Below, piece after piece: positions 9,161 through 19,149 of a DNA stretch of 64,000 bases; the stretch's first letter is position 1; each line of letters begins with the position of its first letter. Under the pieces are notes generated by a model, which was given only the letters and a program-made list of their open reading frames with translations, did not search any database and had not been told where the DNA came from. The position numbers and the translations under genes were made by a program. Location: assembly GCA_963763775.1 (NCBI GenBank), contig CAVXPZ010000004.1, positions 384,001-448,000 of the forward strand. Direction: 5' to 3'. Source of the DNA: an uncultured Chloroflexia bacterium (lineage in GTDB: Bacteria; Chloroflexota; Limnocylindria; Limnocylindrales; CSP1-4).

Positions 9161-10846
9161 CTACGCCGGGGTGGCGACCCAGTTCGGCAGCTCGCGCGCG
9201 AGCGTGGCGAGCGGCAGTGAGCCGTGGCCGAGCACCGCGTCGTGGAACGCCCGCAGGTCGAAGTGCGACCCGTCGCGTGCGGCCAGCTCGGCCCGGAGGC
9301 GTTCGATCTCGCGCTGCCCGATCTTGTAGGTCAGCGCCTGGCCCGGCCAGCAGATGTAGCGGTCCGTCTCGATCACCGCATCGGTCTCGGAGAGCCCGGC
9401 GCCCAGGAGGAAGTCGATCGAGCGCTGGCGCGGCCAGCGGAGGGCGTGGAGCCCCGTGTCGACGACCAGCCGGGCCGCCCGCCACGCCTGGGCGTCGAGC
9501 ATCCCGAACCGCTCGGCCTCCGACCGGAACAGGCCCATCTCATCGGCGAGGCGTTCGCTGTAGAGGCCCCAGCCCTCGGCATAGGCACCGCCCACCATCC
9601 GCGACCCGAGGCGGCGGAACCGGTTGAGGTGCGGGTTCTCCATCTCGAGCGTGATCTGGAAGTGGTGGCCGGGCGCGGCCTCGTGATAGGTGGTCGTCGC
9701 CAGCCGCGTATACGTCCGGCTCTCGAGGTCGTACCCGTTCGCGTAGTAGATCCCCGGACGCGAGCCGTCGGGTGCCGGCGGGTAGTAGTAGGCGAAGGGC
9801 GCGTCCTTCTCCTTGTACTCCTCGACCGCGCGAACGTCGCAGGCGGCCTTCGGCAGGACCCCGAAGTAGCGCGGCGCGACAGCCATCGCCCGTTCGATGT
9901 CCTCGGTCGCCCGCTCGACGAGCTCGGCCTTGGACCGCGGGGTGTTCGACGGGTCCGCGTCGTGGGCCGCGCGGTACGCGGTCGTGTCGTCGCCGAAGCC
10001 GGCGGCACGGGCGATCTCGCGCCGCTCGGACTCGATCTCCTCGAGCTCCGCGAGACCGGTGTCATGGACCTCCTGCGGGTCGAGGTCGAGCGTGGTCCAG
10101 CTCCGGATCGCCGTGCGGTACAGGGCCTCGCCATTCGGGGCGGACCAGATGCCGGGGTCTTCGCGGGTCGCGGCGAGGTAGGCGCCCCGAAGGGTCTCGA
10201 GGAAGCGCTGGTCGGCCGGGTAGACCGTCTCCCAGACCATGTCGCGCACGGTCTCGCGGTCGGCCTCGGAGGCGACCTTCACCATCGAGGGGATGATCGC
10301 CTGGTCGATCGGGATCGAGAGCATCCGCTCGATCTGCGCGATGGTGCGCTCGGCCACGATCCGTGGCGCCGTGAGCCCGGAGGCCAGGCCGTCGAGCAGG
10401 GTGTCGGTGTTCGCCGCCATGTATTCGGGATAGGCGCGAAGGCGGGCGATGAACGCCTCGAGCCGCTCGGGCGTGTCCGCCGGCTGGAACTGCGTCATCT
10501 GGGGCAGCAGCTGCTGGGGGCCGTTCATCTGGTCGACGACCCGGAGCTGGTTGAGGTGCTGGTCGTCCTCCTCGAGGATCAGCTCGGCGACGACCTGCAG
10601 CATGTCGCGAGTGATCCGGTCCTCGGTCGAGAGACCGTCCACGGGGATCGCGCGCGCGTCGGCCGCGGTGCGCTCCGCCAGCGCGCGGGCCTTGGCTCGA
10701 CCGACCGGGCCCGGGTCCTCGAGGCGATCGGCGTACCGCTCGTCGCCGTAGAACGTCGCGAGCGTCGGATTGAGCTCGAGCGTCGCCTCCCAGAACCGCT
10801 CCGCGAGATCGTCGACCGGCGAGCCGGTGGGCTCAGGCATGGACAC
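9161..10846 (-). CDS. DUF885-family putative metallopeptidase
   Basis: YHEAAPGHHFQ, EGWGLYSE, WRAARLVVDTGLH, PGQALTYKIG, FHDAVLGHGSLP. Confidence 0.9.
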   Translation of the reverse strand: MSMPEPTGSPVDDLAERFWEATLELNPTLATFYGDERYADRLEDPGPVGRAKARALAERTAADARAIPVDGLSTEDRITRDMLQVVAELILEEDDQHLNQLRVVDQMNGPQQLLPQMTQFQPADTPERLEAFIARLRAYPEYMAANTDTLLDGLASGLTAPRIVAERTIAQIERMLSIPIDQAIIPSMVKVASEADRETVRDMVWETVYPADQRFLETLRGAYLAATREDPGIWSAPNGEALYRTAIRSWTTLDLDPQEVHDTGLAELEEIESERREIARAAGFGDDTTAYRAAHDADPSNTPRSKAELVERATEDIERAMAVAPRYFGVLPKAACDVRAVEEYKEKDAPFAYYYPPAPDGSRPGIYYANGYDLESRTYTRLATTTYHEAAPGHHFQITLEMENPHLNRFRRLGSRMVGGAYAEGWGLYSERLADEMGLFRSEAERFGMLDAQAWRAARLVVDTGLHALRWPRQRSIDFLLGAGLSETDAVIETDRYICWPGQALTYKIGQREIERLRAELAARDGSHFDLRAFHDAVLGHGSLPLATLARELPNWVATPA

Positions 10847-10979
10847 GGTGTGGCCTCCTGCATCGGGCAGACAGAGGAAGCGGCCCCGTCAGGCCGCGCG
10901 TGTCACGTAGGGTATCGCGCCCCGCTGGCGGTCGCCTGTCGGCGGGCCGACGGCGTCACGGTCGAGGGCGGCCCGCGAC

Positions 10980-13823
10980 TCAGCCCCCGAAGAGCGGCAT
11001 CTGCTCGCCGGTCCGCTCGATCACGGGATCCAGGCCGAGCAAGGGCTCGAGGTCGTCGAGGTCGGGGTGCTCCGGCGCGAGGAAGCGCCGCAGGTGGTCG
11101 GACTTGATGATGTGGAAGTTGCCGTGCTCGAGCGCCTCGCGCAGCAACGGCGAGCGGCCCAGCTTGTACCGGATGAGCTCGGTCCGTTCCGGGGCCACGA
11201 CCAGGAACCGGATCAGGTTCTCGTTGGCCGGGATCCGCCGGTGGCGGTGCAGCAGCGGCTCGCCGAGCATCGCGGTCCACTCGACCTCGAACAGCAGCGC
11301 GACCTTGCCACGGATGTACCAGAGGCAGTCGACATCCTCGAGGACCTCGGCCGGACGCGCCACGGCGCCGAGGTATGCCCCGAGCTCGCGCTGGTCGAGC
11401 CGGTCGCCGAGCAGCCTCCCGCCGGTCCGCCGGCTGTGCTCGCGACGGGCGATCCAGACGCGCATCCCCAGCCGATGGCCGGCATCCGCGAGCGTCGCGA
11501 GCAGGTCGGTGTGCTCCTGGCTGCGCCGGAGCAGGTCGTCCTGCGTGATCAGGCGGTCGGGCGTGCTGGCCATGCTCCGGTAGCTGTCGAGACACGCGCG
11601 GACCAGGCCCTCGTCCGGCAGGTCGTGGCCGGTGAACAGCGTGGCGATGCGCTCGAAGAAGGCGGGCTCCGAGAGCGGTCCGGCCGTCGACAGCAGGCTG
11701 AAGACGGCCCACTCCACGCGGTCCGCCAGCGGGATGGCGGCCGCCTCCTGGTCCTTGGGGTCGCCGAGCCACCATCGTCCAGGCTCGATCTCCTTGAGGC
11801 GACCGTTGGTCGGACGGGTCATCTCGTCGCGGACGAGTGCCAGGAGCCGCTCGACGGGGTCCTGCGCCGACTCGCCGGCGGACGTGGCGCGCGAGACGGT
11901 CGTCGTGTCGGGTGGCGCACCGATGACCCGATCGGCCGCGATCGGGCGGTGGCCGGCCGCGCCGCCCGTGCCCGAAGCCCCCGACGCGTCGCCGCCCGAC
12001 CCGCCATCGCGGCCGTTCGCGTCCGGCTCGTCGCGGCCCTCGGTGGCGGCGCGGTCGTCGCGGTCGTCGCTGCGGATGGATGCGGCGCTCGTGGCGGCGG
12101 CGAGGCGGCGAAGCTGCCCCGCGCGATCCAGACCCACGAGGACCTCGCCGAGGAGCCGCTCGTAGCGGGCGGGCTCGCCACGGGCGCGCAGCGTCTCCAC
12201 GGCCACCTCGGTCACGGTCTTCGCCGCCTCCGCCGCCGAGAACGGCCGTTGGTCGAACCGCTCCGGCGCCGAGAAGAGCCCTGGCCCGGGGACGAGATCC
12301 GGGTCGCCGGGTCCGCCTGGGACCGGCGGCAAGGTCACGTTCGAGCGCGTTCGTGGACCCGGCGGCCGCGCGGCGCCGGGCGGCAGGAACTCCACCACAC
12401 CGCCGGCGTCGTCATCGCCGCCGGCGAGCCGGGCGCTCGCGAGCCGGTATCCCGCTCCCGCGCCGCCGAGGACGGCCGCGGCGAGGGCCTCCGGGCCACC
12501 GTCGACGAGCAGGACCGCCCGACCGTCGCGGGCCATCGCCGGGGCCGCGGCTTCCATCGCCCGCCCGATCGTGACGGCCTGCCAGCTCCACGGCGCTCGC
12601 AGCGAGGGTCCGGCGAGGGCGTCGATCGGCAGGAGCGACGAAGCCTCGCGGCCGAGGACCCACGAGGTCGCGTGGTATGCCGCGCCGAGGCGCTCGAGAC
12701 CGGGTCGGACCGGCGGCTGGCCGAGCACCAGTCGGATCCGCGGCGCCGAGGCCGTCCGGCCGTACGCCTCCGGGTCGTCGCGCAGGAGGCGCAGGCCCGA
12801 CGGGCTCGAGAGCGCCAGCACCGCCGTCGCCGTGCCCTCGCCCAGGCTGCGCAGGTCTTCGCCGAGCCGTGCCTGGAGCGGGCCCAGGGCGCCGCCCTCC
12901 AGCCGCTGGACGAAGCCGCGGACCAGGCGGAAGGCGTCCTCGAAGGCCAGCCATGGGTTGCGTTCGCGCCACTGGGTGGCCGTCGGGAGCCGGACGTGGC
13001 CGCCACCGATGCGGAGCGCCGCGGTGCGCCCCTGGGTGGTCGCGAGCCGGCTGGCGGGCAGCACGCTGTGGAGGAACGCCAGGCGGAGCGCGGCGAGGAC
13101 CGGCGCCGCGCGCAGGTCGCCCTCGATCCGCTCGAGGATGGCAGCGAGTCCCACGAGCTGTCGCGGCGTGTGCAGGGCGAGGAGCTCGTCCACGAGGTTC
13201 TCGGCGCCGTCCACCGGGGCGAAGCGAGTCCGCAGCGCGGCCCGGACCTCCTCCACGCCCACGTCCGCGCGGGCTCGCGCCAGGTCGTCCGCATCGAGCG
13301 GTCCCTGCCGCTGTTCCGACCCGCCGCGCTGGTCGCGGCAGACCGTGCACCGGTAGTGGCGGGCGATCGCCTCGGCCTCCACGACGTCGCTCGCGGCCGG
13401 ATCCGCGCCTTCGGGGATCCCCCACACGATGTCGTCGACGACGAGCATCCGCCCGCACGTGGCACAGCGGGTCGCGTAGAGGTCGCCGAGCGAGACCTTC
13501 AGGCTGGACTCGCGACGCGGGGAGGCGGCCATGCCCTGGAAGGCGGCATCGAGGTGGCGGACGTCGGGCGGACGGAGGACGACCTCGGCGAGCATCCGCG
13601 TCAAGGGCGACGACTCGAGCGAGATCGCGCGTCGCTGGCGGTCGACGGCGGCGCGGGCGACCCATCCGCCACGGCCGAAGAGGTCGGCGACGACGTCGCC
13701 CGCGCTCGAATGCAGCTCGATCCGGGCGGCGACGAGGCCGGGCTGGGGCGGCGGGGCGGCCTTCTCGAACGCGGGCAGCGAGAAGCCGGGCTGGAGGTTC
13801 GAAGGCGCGGGGCGACCCGTCAT
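10980..13823 (-). CDS. Zn-ribbon amino-DNA-methyltransferase-like protein with degenerate motifs and C-terminal PD-(D/E)XK-like domain
   Basis: GDVVADLFGRGG (motif I-like); CATC and CTVC; RLVLGQPPV at the DPPY position; C-terminal DVDCLW...FEVEWT. Confidence 0.7.
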   Translation of the reverse strand: MTGRPAPSNLQPGFSLPAFEKAAPPPQPGLVAARIELHSSAGDVVADLFGRGGWVARAAVDRQRRAISLESSPLTRMLAEVVLRPPDVRHLDAAFQGMAASPRRESSLKVSLGDLYATRCATCGRMLVVDDIVWGIPEGADPAASDVVEAEAIARHYRCTVCRDQRGGSEQRQGPLDADDLARARADVGVEEVRAALRTRFAPVDGAENLVDELLALHTPRQLVGLAAILERIEGDLRAAPVLAALRLAFLHSVLPASRLATTQGRTAALRIGGGHVRLPTATQWRERNPWLAFEDAFRLVRGFVQRLEGGALGPLQARLGEDLRSLGEGTATAVLALSSPSGLRLLRDDPEAYGRTASAPRIRLVLGQPPVRPGLERLGAAYHATSWVLGREASSLLPIDALAGPSLRAPWSWQAVTIGRAMEAAAPAMARDGRAVLLVDGGPEALAAAVLGGAGAGYRLASARLAGGDDDAGGVVEFLPPGAARPPGPRTRSNVTLPPVPGGPGDPDLVPGPGLFSAPERFDQRPFSAAEAAKTVTEVAVETLRARGEPARYERLLGEVLVGLDRAGQLRRLAAATSAASIRSDDRDDRAATEGRDEPDANGRDGGSGGDASGASGTGGAAGHRPIAADRVIGAPPDTTTVSRATSAGESAQDPVERLLALVRDEMTRPTNGRLKEIEPGRWWLGDPKDQEAAAIPLADRVEWAVFSLLSTAGPLSEPAFFERIATLFTGHDLPDEGLVRACLDSYRSMASTPDRLITQDDLLRRSQEHTDLLATLADAGHRLGMRVWIARREHSRRTGGRLLGDRLDQRELGAYLGAVARPAEVLEDVDCLWYIRGKVALLFEVEWTAMLGEPLLHRHRRIPANENLIRFLVVAPERTELIRYKLGRSPLLREALEHGNFHIIKSDHLRRFLAPEHPDLDDLEPLLGLDPVIERTGEQMPLFGG

Positions 13824-13889
13824 CGGGGTGATGCTAGCCCACCGGTCCCCCGGCGGGCGAGCGGCCGCAGGTCATGCGGCCATCGGGAC

Positions 13890-14748
13890 CTACGGCTCGT
13901 CGAGCTCGTCGGGCTCCTCTTCGAACGCCTCGTCCGTGGTCGACTCCGGCGGCAGGACGCGATCGAGGTCCTCGATCTCCTCGTCCTCCTCGTCGTCCTC
14001 GAGGTCCTCCTCGAGGTCCATCTCCTCGCGCACGAGGGTGCCCTTCGTGTACGGGCGGAGGTCCGTCGACTTGGCGGCGGTCGGGAAGCTGACCTTGCCG
14101 TAGTTGCGCGGGTCCTGGTAGACCTCGCGGATGATGATCCGGACGTCCTTGTCGCCGAGGGACGTGACGCCCGCCGCGTACTTGTTCCCGTCGGCCATGA
14201 GCTTGAGCAGGCGGGCGGCGACGCGCGGCTCGACGACGCCGATGCGCATGCCGTTGCTGAACGCGATGAGCCGGTTGCCCTCGGGCGTCAGCTCGACGTA
14301 GTCGCCCGGGTTGACCTGGGCCAGCTGGCGCGGGTCGGCGAGGTCCGTCAGGAACGCGAAGCCGGTCTTGCCGGTCTCCTCGACGAAGATCGAGACCGGG
14401 GCCTTGCTCCCCTCCTGGGCCGGCACCGTCTTCTCGCCGGCGGTGACCAGGAGGACCTTCAGGCGGTCGATGTTGCGCTCGGCGATGCGGTTCGTCGGGT
14501 CGAGCGCCAGGGCCGTCTGGTAGTGCTCGCGCGCCTCGGCCAGCGAGCCGAGCTCCCAGAGCGACTTGGCCAGACGGTTCTCCGCCTCGGCGTCCGGACC
14601 CGAGTTCCAGGAGCTTCCGGTTCGTGGCGGCGGCGTCGGCCCACTGCGCGCTCGTGGCCTGGGCGATGGCCTGGTCGGCCAGCTGCCGCTTCGTGCGCGT
14701 GAGGTTGACGGGGCTCTGGTCCTTGGTCTCGACGTCGGGGAAGGTCAC
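13890..14748 (-). CDS. TPR protein with HIRAN-like domain and acidic tail (apparent +1 frameshift near 14600)
   Basis: Joined frame: AENRLAKSLWELGSLAEAREHYQTALALDPTNRIAERN (TPR), FVEETGKTG, IGVVEPRVAARLLKLMADGNKY, then an E/D-rich tail; GGAG SD before GTG 14748. Confidence 0.75.
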
Positions 14749-14908
14749 GTGGGCGGTCTCCAGGTTCGGGGCACGCGACGATCGGCGTCGGCCGTCGCGG
14801 GCGAGGCGCGCGGCCGTGATGGGCCACTGCGCGGGCATCGCTTTCTAGCACCGTCCGGCGACGACGTCAAACGACGTCGCCAGTGTCGCGGTCCTCTCGC
14901 TCCGGTCG

Positions 14909-15758
14909 CTACCCGCGCAGCAGGAGATTCCAGGCGATGACCGCCACGCCCAGCACGGCCAGCAGCAGGGTCTGCCAGATCCAGTTCGCGTCGCGCCGTC
15001 GAGCCGGTGACGCCCCGATGAACGTGTCCCACAGGTAGAACGCCAGCGTGAGCAGTGCCGGACCCAGCAGCCGCGGGATCGCGATGGCCCGCAGGGCCGC
15101 GGCGGCGATCGCGATCGCGATCCCGTACGTGGCGGCGGCGAACAGGGCGCTGCGCAGCGAGACGACCCGCAGCGCCGCGGCTCGGTACCCGAGGAGGAAC
15201 GCGATGATCGCGTCGCCAACGGCGAGGACCAGGAGATACGTCTCGGAGAGGGGCGCGGTGACGCCGCCCTCCGGGTTCGCCTGCACGAGGCCACCGGGCA
15301 CCATGGCGGCGACGCCCGTGAACGCGATGAAGGCGATGACCAGGATCGTCACGAGCAGCGACGTCCGGTCGGCGACGCTGAGGCCCTCGGGCGAGGTCTC
15401 GATCCGGGCCTCGACCGCGAGCGCCCGCGCGACGATCAGGCCGGTCAGCAGGAGCGCGGGCGCCAGCCACAGCCCGAACGGCACCAGCCGGATGGCCCCG
15501 AGGCACCCGACCGCCGCGACCGACGGCAGGATCAGGGCCTCGATCGCCACGCCGGCCGCGGCGTCGGCGGCCGGGATCTCGTCGGCGAGCACCTGGAGGG
15601 TGCCGAAGAGCATCGCGATGAGCAGGAAGACCGCGATGACCCAGACGACCGGGCGGCTCGGTGAGGCGGGACAGCCCCACGACGGTCACCGCCAGGAGCG
15701 CGAGGTCGCGACGCGCCGTCCGGTCCTGCATCGCGGCGATGGTACGCGAGGCGGTCAT
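14909..15758 (-). CDS. Multi-pass membrane protein, possibly DUF5656-like (apparent +1 frameshift near 15652)
   Basis: About 8-9 hydrophobic helices; ATGA overlap with polX stop. Confidence 0.65.
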
Positions 15759-17581
15759 GTCCGCCCCGGCTTCCCGGCGACCCACGCGAGCAGCGCGTCG
15801 CGATCGCGGGTGTTCAGGACGTCCTCGGCACGGACCCACGCGCGACGCGCCTGGCTGATACCCCACCGGACATAGTCGAGTTCGTCGGTCTTGTGCGCAT
15901 CTGAATCGATCGAGAGCACGCAGCCGTCGGCGACGGCCCGGCGAGCCCGCTCCGCCGCGAGGTCCAGGCGGTGGGGCGAGCCATTGATCTCGAGCGCGGT
16001 CCCGGTGCGCGCCGCCTCGGCGTAGACCTGGTCCCAGTCAAGGTCGAGGTCGTCCCGGCCGCCGAGCATGCGGCCGGCCGGATGGGCGATGACGTCGACG
16101 TGGGGGCTGCGGATCGCGTTCAAGGTCCGTCGCGTGAGATCGGCCCGCGGCTGGCGACGTGACACGTGGAGCGAGGCGACCACGAGGTCGAACGCCGCGA
16201 GCACGTCGTCCTCGAAGTCGAGCGCCCCGTCCGCCCGGATCTCGAGCTCGCAGCCGTGCAGCAGCCGGAAGCCGCCGGGCGGCGTCTCCGGCGGGGCGGT
16301 ACCGGCCGCTTCCTCGTCGGCGAACCGCGCGTTCAGGCGGGCGACGATCTCGCGCTGCTCGGCGACCTGGTCGGGCGTCAGGCCGCGGGCGATCGCGAGG
16401 GACTGCGTGTGGTCGGTGAGCACCTGGTAGGCGTAGCCGCGTCGGCGTGCGGCCTCGGCCATGACCTCGATGGCGTGCGTGCCGTCCGTCCAGTCGGAGT
16501 GGGTGTGCAGGTCGCCGCGAAGGTCCCCGACATCGATGAGGTCCGGGAGGGTGCCCGCGAGCGCCGCCTCGATCTCCCCGGCATCCTCGCGCAGCTCCGG
16601 CTCGATGAACGGGAGTCCGAGGAACGCGTACGCCTCCGTCTCGGTGGCGAACGTCCGGAGCTCGGCGGCGTCGCCGGTCAGCGGTGCGCCGTCCTCGCCG
16701 ATCCGCAGGAACCCCTTCTCGGAGAGCGACCATCCCAGGTCGCGGGCCATCGCGCGCAGCCGGACGTTGTGCTCCTTCGAGCCGGTGAAGTGGATCCGAT
16801 ACGTCCCGGCCTCGCCGGGCGGCATGACCATCAGGTCCACCTGTGGGCCGCGCAGCAGGCGGATCGCCGCCTTGTAGCCCCCCGCGTTGACCACATGGTC
16901 CACGCTGCCGAGTGTGGTGAACCGCTCGATGAGGGCCGGCGCGGCGTCGGTCTCCGCGAGGATGTCGAGGTCGCCGATGGTCTCGCGGCGCCGGCGGAAC
17001 GACCCGGCCGGCTCGAGGCCGCGGACCCCGGGGGTCGGGGCGAGCGCCTCGATGACGCCGGTGACGGTCGTCTCGGCACGGTCGAGCAGCATCCGGTCGG
17101 GCGTGGCGTCGAGCCGCGCGATGCCCTCGAGGACCAGCGCCTCGGTCTTGGCCGACATGCCCTTCAGCTCGCGCAGCCGGCCGGCCTCGGCGGCCTCGCG
17201 CAGGTCGTCCATCGAGGCGATCTGCAGCTCGAGGTGCAGCTGTCGCACGGTCTTGGGGCCGAGGCCCGGGATCCGCAACAGCTCCACGAGCCCCGGCGGG
17301 ATCTCGGCCCGCAGGCGGTCGTAGAACGCCATGTGCCCGGTGGTGGCGAGCTCCTCGATCTTGTCGCTGATCGCCTTGCCCACGCCCGGGATGCGGGGCG
17401 GCGTCCCCGCGCGGTAGGCGGCGACCAGGTCGACCGGGCTCCGGCCGATGGTGTCGGCGGCCCGGTGGTAGGCGACGGTCTTGAAGACGAGCTCGCCCTT
17501 GACCTCGAGCATGTCGCCGATCTCGTGGAAGATGCGGGCCAGGTCGCCGTTCGTGAGCTGGTCGGGCGGGGCGTCGGTCAC
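15755..17581 (-). CDS. polX: DNA polymerase X / PHP 3'-5' exonuclease
   Basis: HhH IPGVGK and IPGLGPK; GSFRRRRETIGDLD; QVDL; HFTGSKEHN; PHP motifs DLHTHSDWTDG, TDH, SDAH. Confidence 0.95.
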   Translation of the reverse strand: MTDAPPDQLTNGDLARIFHEIGDMLEVKGELVFKTVAYHRAADTIGRSPVDLVAAYRAGTPPRIPGVGKAISDKIEELATTGHMAFYDRLRAEIPPGLVELLRIPGLGPKTVRQLHLELQIASMDDLREAAEAGRLRELKGMSAKTEALVLEGIARLDATPDRMLLDRAETTVTGVIEALAPTPGVRGLEPAGSFRRRRETIGDLDILAETDAAPALIERFTTLGSVDHVVNAGGYKAAIRLLRGPQVDLMVMPPGEAGTYRIHFTGSKEHNVRLRAMARDLGWSLSEKGFLRIGEDGAPLTGDAAELRTFATETEAYAFLGLPFIEPELREDAGEIEAALAGTLPDLIDVGDLRGDLHTHSDWTDGTHAIEVMAEAARRRGYAYQVLTDHTQSLAIARGLTPDQVAEQREIVARLNARFADEEAAGTAPPETPPGGFRLLHGCELEIRADGALDFEDDVLAAFDLVVASLHVSRRQPRADLTRRTLNAIRSPHVDVIAHPAGRMLGGRDDLDLDWDQVYAEAARTGTALEINGSPHRLDLAAERARRAVADGCVLSIDSDAHKTDELDYVRWGISQARRAWVRAEDVLNTRDRDALLAWVAGKPGRT

Positions 17582-17597
17582 GCCCCGATGGTAGCGG

Positions 17598-19028
17598 CTA
17601 GCCGGCCACGACCCGGTTGCGGCCGTTGCGCTTGGCGCGGTAGAGCGCCCGGTCGGCGTCCTCGATGAGCTGCTCGATCGGCTGGTCGTCATGGTCCGCG
17701 ACCGCGACGCCCACCGACACGGTCACGCCCGGGATCCGCAGCCGCGACAGGTCGAGCGCGGCGACCGCCGCCCGGACCCGCTCACCGACCTCGACGGCCA
17801 CCGGTCCTGTCGGGTTGCGCAGGAGGACGACGAACTCTTCGCCGCCATAGCGAGCCGGGACGTCATCGTCACGGACCGCGCGCACGATGGCGCCCCCGAC
17901 GGCCTTGAGGACGTCGTCGCCGGCGGCGTGCCCGAACCGGTCGTTGAGGGTCTTGAACTTGTCGATGTCGATCATGAGCACGCCGATGGCGTCCTCGGCC
18001 CGGCGCCGCCGCGCGAGCAACCCGCAGAACTCGTCGAAGTAGCGGCGGTTCGGGAGGCCCGTCAGGGCGTCGGTCGACGCCTCCACCTCGGCCGCGCGGT
18101 GCGAGCCAGCCCGCGAGAGCGCGGCCGACGCCTCGAGGGCCGCGCCGGTGAGCAGGCGGCGCGTGGCGGCCGGCCACGGCGCCGCGTTCCGGCGCGACAG
18201 CACGATGGCGCCGATCACGCCGTCGCTCGCCCGCAGCGGCGCCGCGAGCATGTGGGTCAGCCCATACGCGCCGCGGACCTGGTCGGCGATCCGGTCCGCC
18301 GCGAGCTGCGCCGCCGCCACGTTCATCGAGGGCGGCCGCGCCGGTGCCCGCCGGTCGCGATCCATCGCGGTGCGCCGGGTCTCCCCCGACAGGCGGGCCG
18401 AGAGGTCGCCGAGCGCCGCCTCGCCCCGACGCCGCCAGCCGTCGGGATCGTCGGTCCCGCGTCGACCGACGGGGACGGCCGCCGCCGCGACCGCGATCCG
18501 GGCCTCGGCGGCCGCGCCGGCCATGACGGGCACGGCGACGAGCGGTCGCGACGACGGTGCCCGCTCGTCGGCGTCGAGGAGGGGCAGCAGCGTCGTCGAC
18601 GGCGGGACGCCGGGACGGGCGCTGATCAGCGTCGCCTGGAGGGCCTTCGCCTCCGGCCGGCGGCGCGCCACGACGATGTGGTCGGCGCCGGTCGAACCCG
18701 CGAGCTCCTCGACGATCGCGGCGACGATGGCGTCCTCGGAGACCGATCGCGACAGGCCGGACAGGATCCGGGCGAAGGACTCCGCCTCGGCACGACGGCC
18801 GACCTCGAGCGCCGTGACGGCCTCGCGGTGGCGGATGGCGGCGATCCCCACGACCACGACGAGCGCCGCGAGGACCCAGTCGAGCGGGCGGGCGCCGTCG
18901 ATCAGCAGCCGGGCGAGAAGGAGGAGGGCGAGCAGGAGGATGGTCCCGGCGAAGACCCACCATGAGCGTCGGATCCGCGGATCCAAGGGGGGTCCGTCGT
19001 GCGGCGGGCGCCGGGTGGGTTCGCTCAC
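17598..19028 (-). CDS. Membrane-anchored GAF-GGDEF diguanylate cyclase
   Basis: Two TM helices; TDALTGLPNRR, DIDKFKTLNDRFGHAAGD, I-site RDDD, RYGGEEF. Confidence 0.92.
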   Translation of the reverse strand: MSEPTRRPPHDGPPLDPRIRRSWWVFAGTILLLALLLLARLLIDGARPLDWVLAALVVVVGIAAIRHREAVTALEVGRRAEAESFARILSGLSRSVSEDAIVAAIVEELAGSTGADHIVVARRRPEAKALQATLISARPGVPPSTTLLPLLDADERAPSSRPLVAVPVMAGAAAEARIAVAAAAVPVGRRGTDDPDGWRRRGEAALGDLSARLSGETRRTAMDRDRRAPARPPSMNVAAAQLAADRIADQVRGAYGLTHMLAAPLRASDGVIGAIVLSRRNAAPWPAATRRLLTGAALEASAALSRAGSHRAAEVEASTDALTGLPNRRYFDEFCGLLARRRRAEDAIGVLMIDIDKFKTLNDRFGHAAGDDVLKAVGGAIVRAVRDDDVPARYGGEEFVVLLRNPTGPVAVEVGERVRAAVAALDLSRLRIPGVTVSVGVAVADHDDQPIEQLIEDADRALYRAKRNGRNRVVAG

Positions 19029-19101
19029 GTCGGATATAGAGGATGGCGGTCCGGGACCGTCGCGTCCAGCCCTCCGGGGAGTACTCCCGGCGGTCGGGAC
19101 C

Positions 19102-19117
19102 TAGTACCTTCGTACTA
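19102..19117. promoter_or_regulatory. Palindromic TAGTAC-N4-GTACTA candidate operator
   Basis: Perfect 6-bp inverted repeat; a second palindrome GGGAGTACTCCC lies at 19077-19088. Confidence 0.45.
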
Positions 19118-19149
19118 CTCGGCTGGCGGGGGCGCCGCCGGCCGGCCGG

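Noticed and set aside
10980-13823. Active type II/IIG restriction-modification system
   Set aside because: The catalytic D/NPPY motif is absent, and there is no partner MTase or specificity gene in the window.
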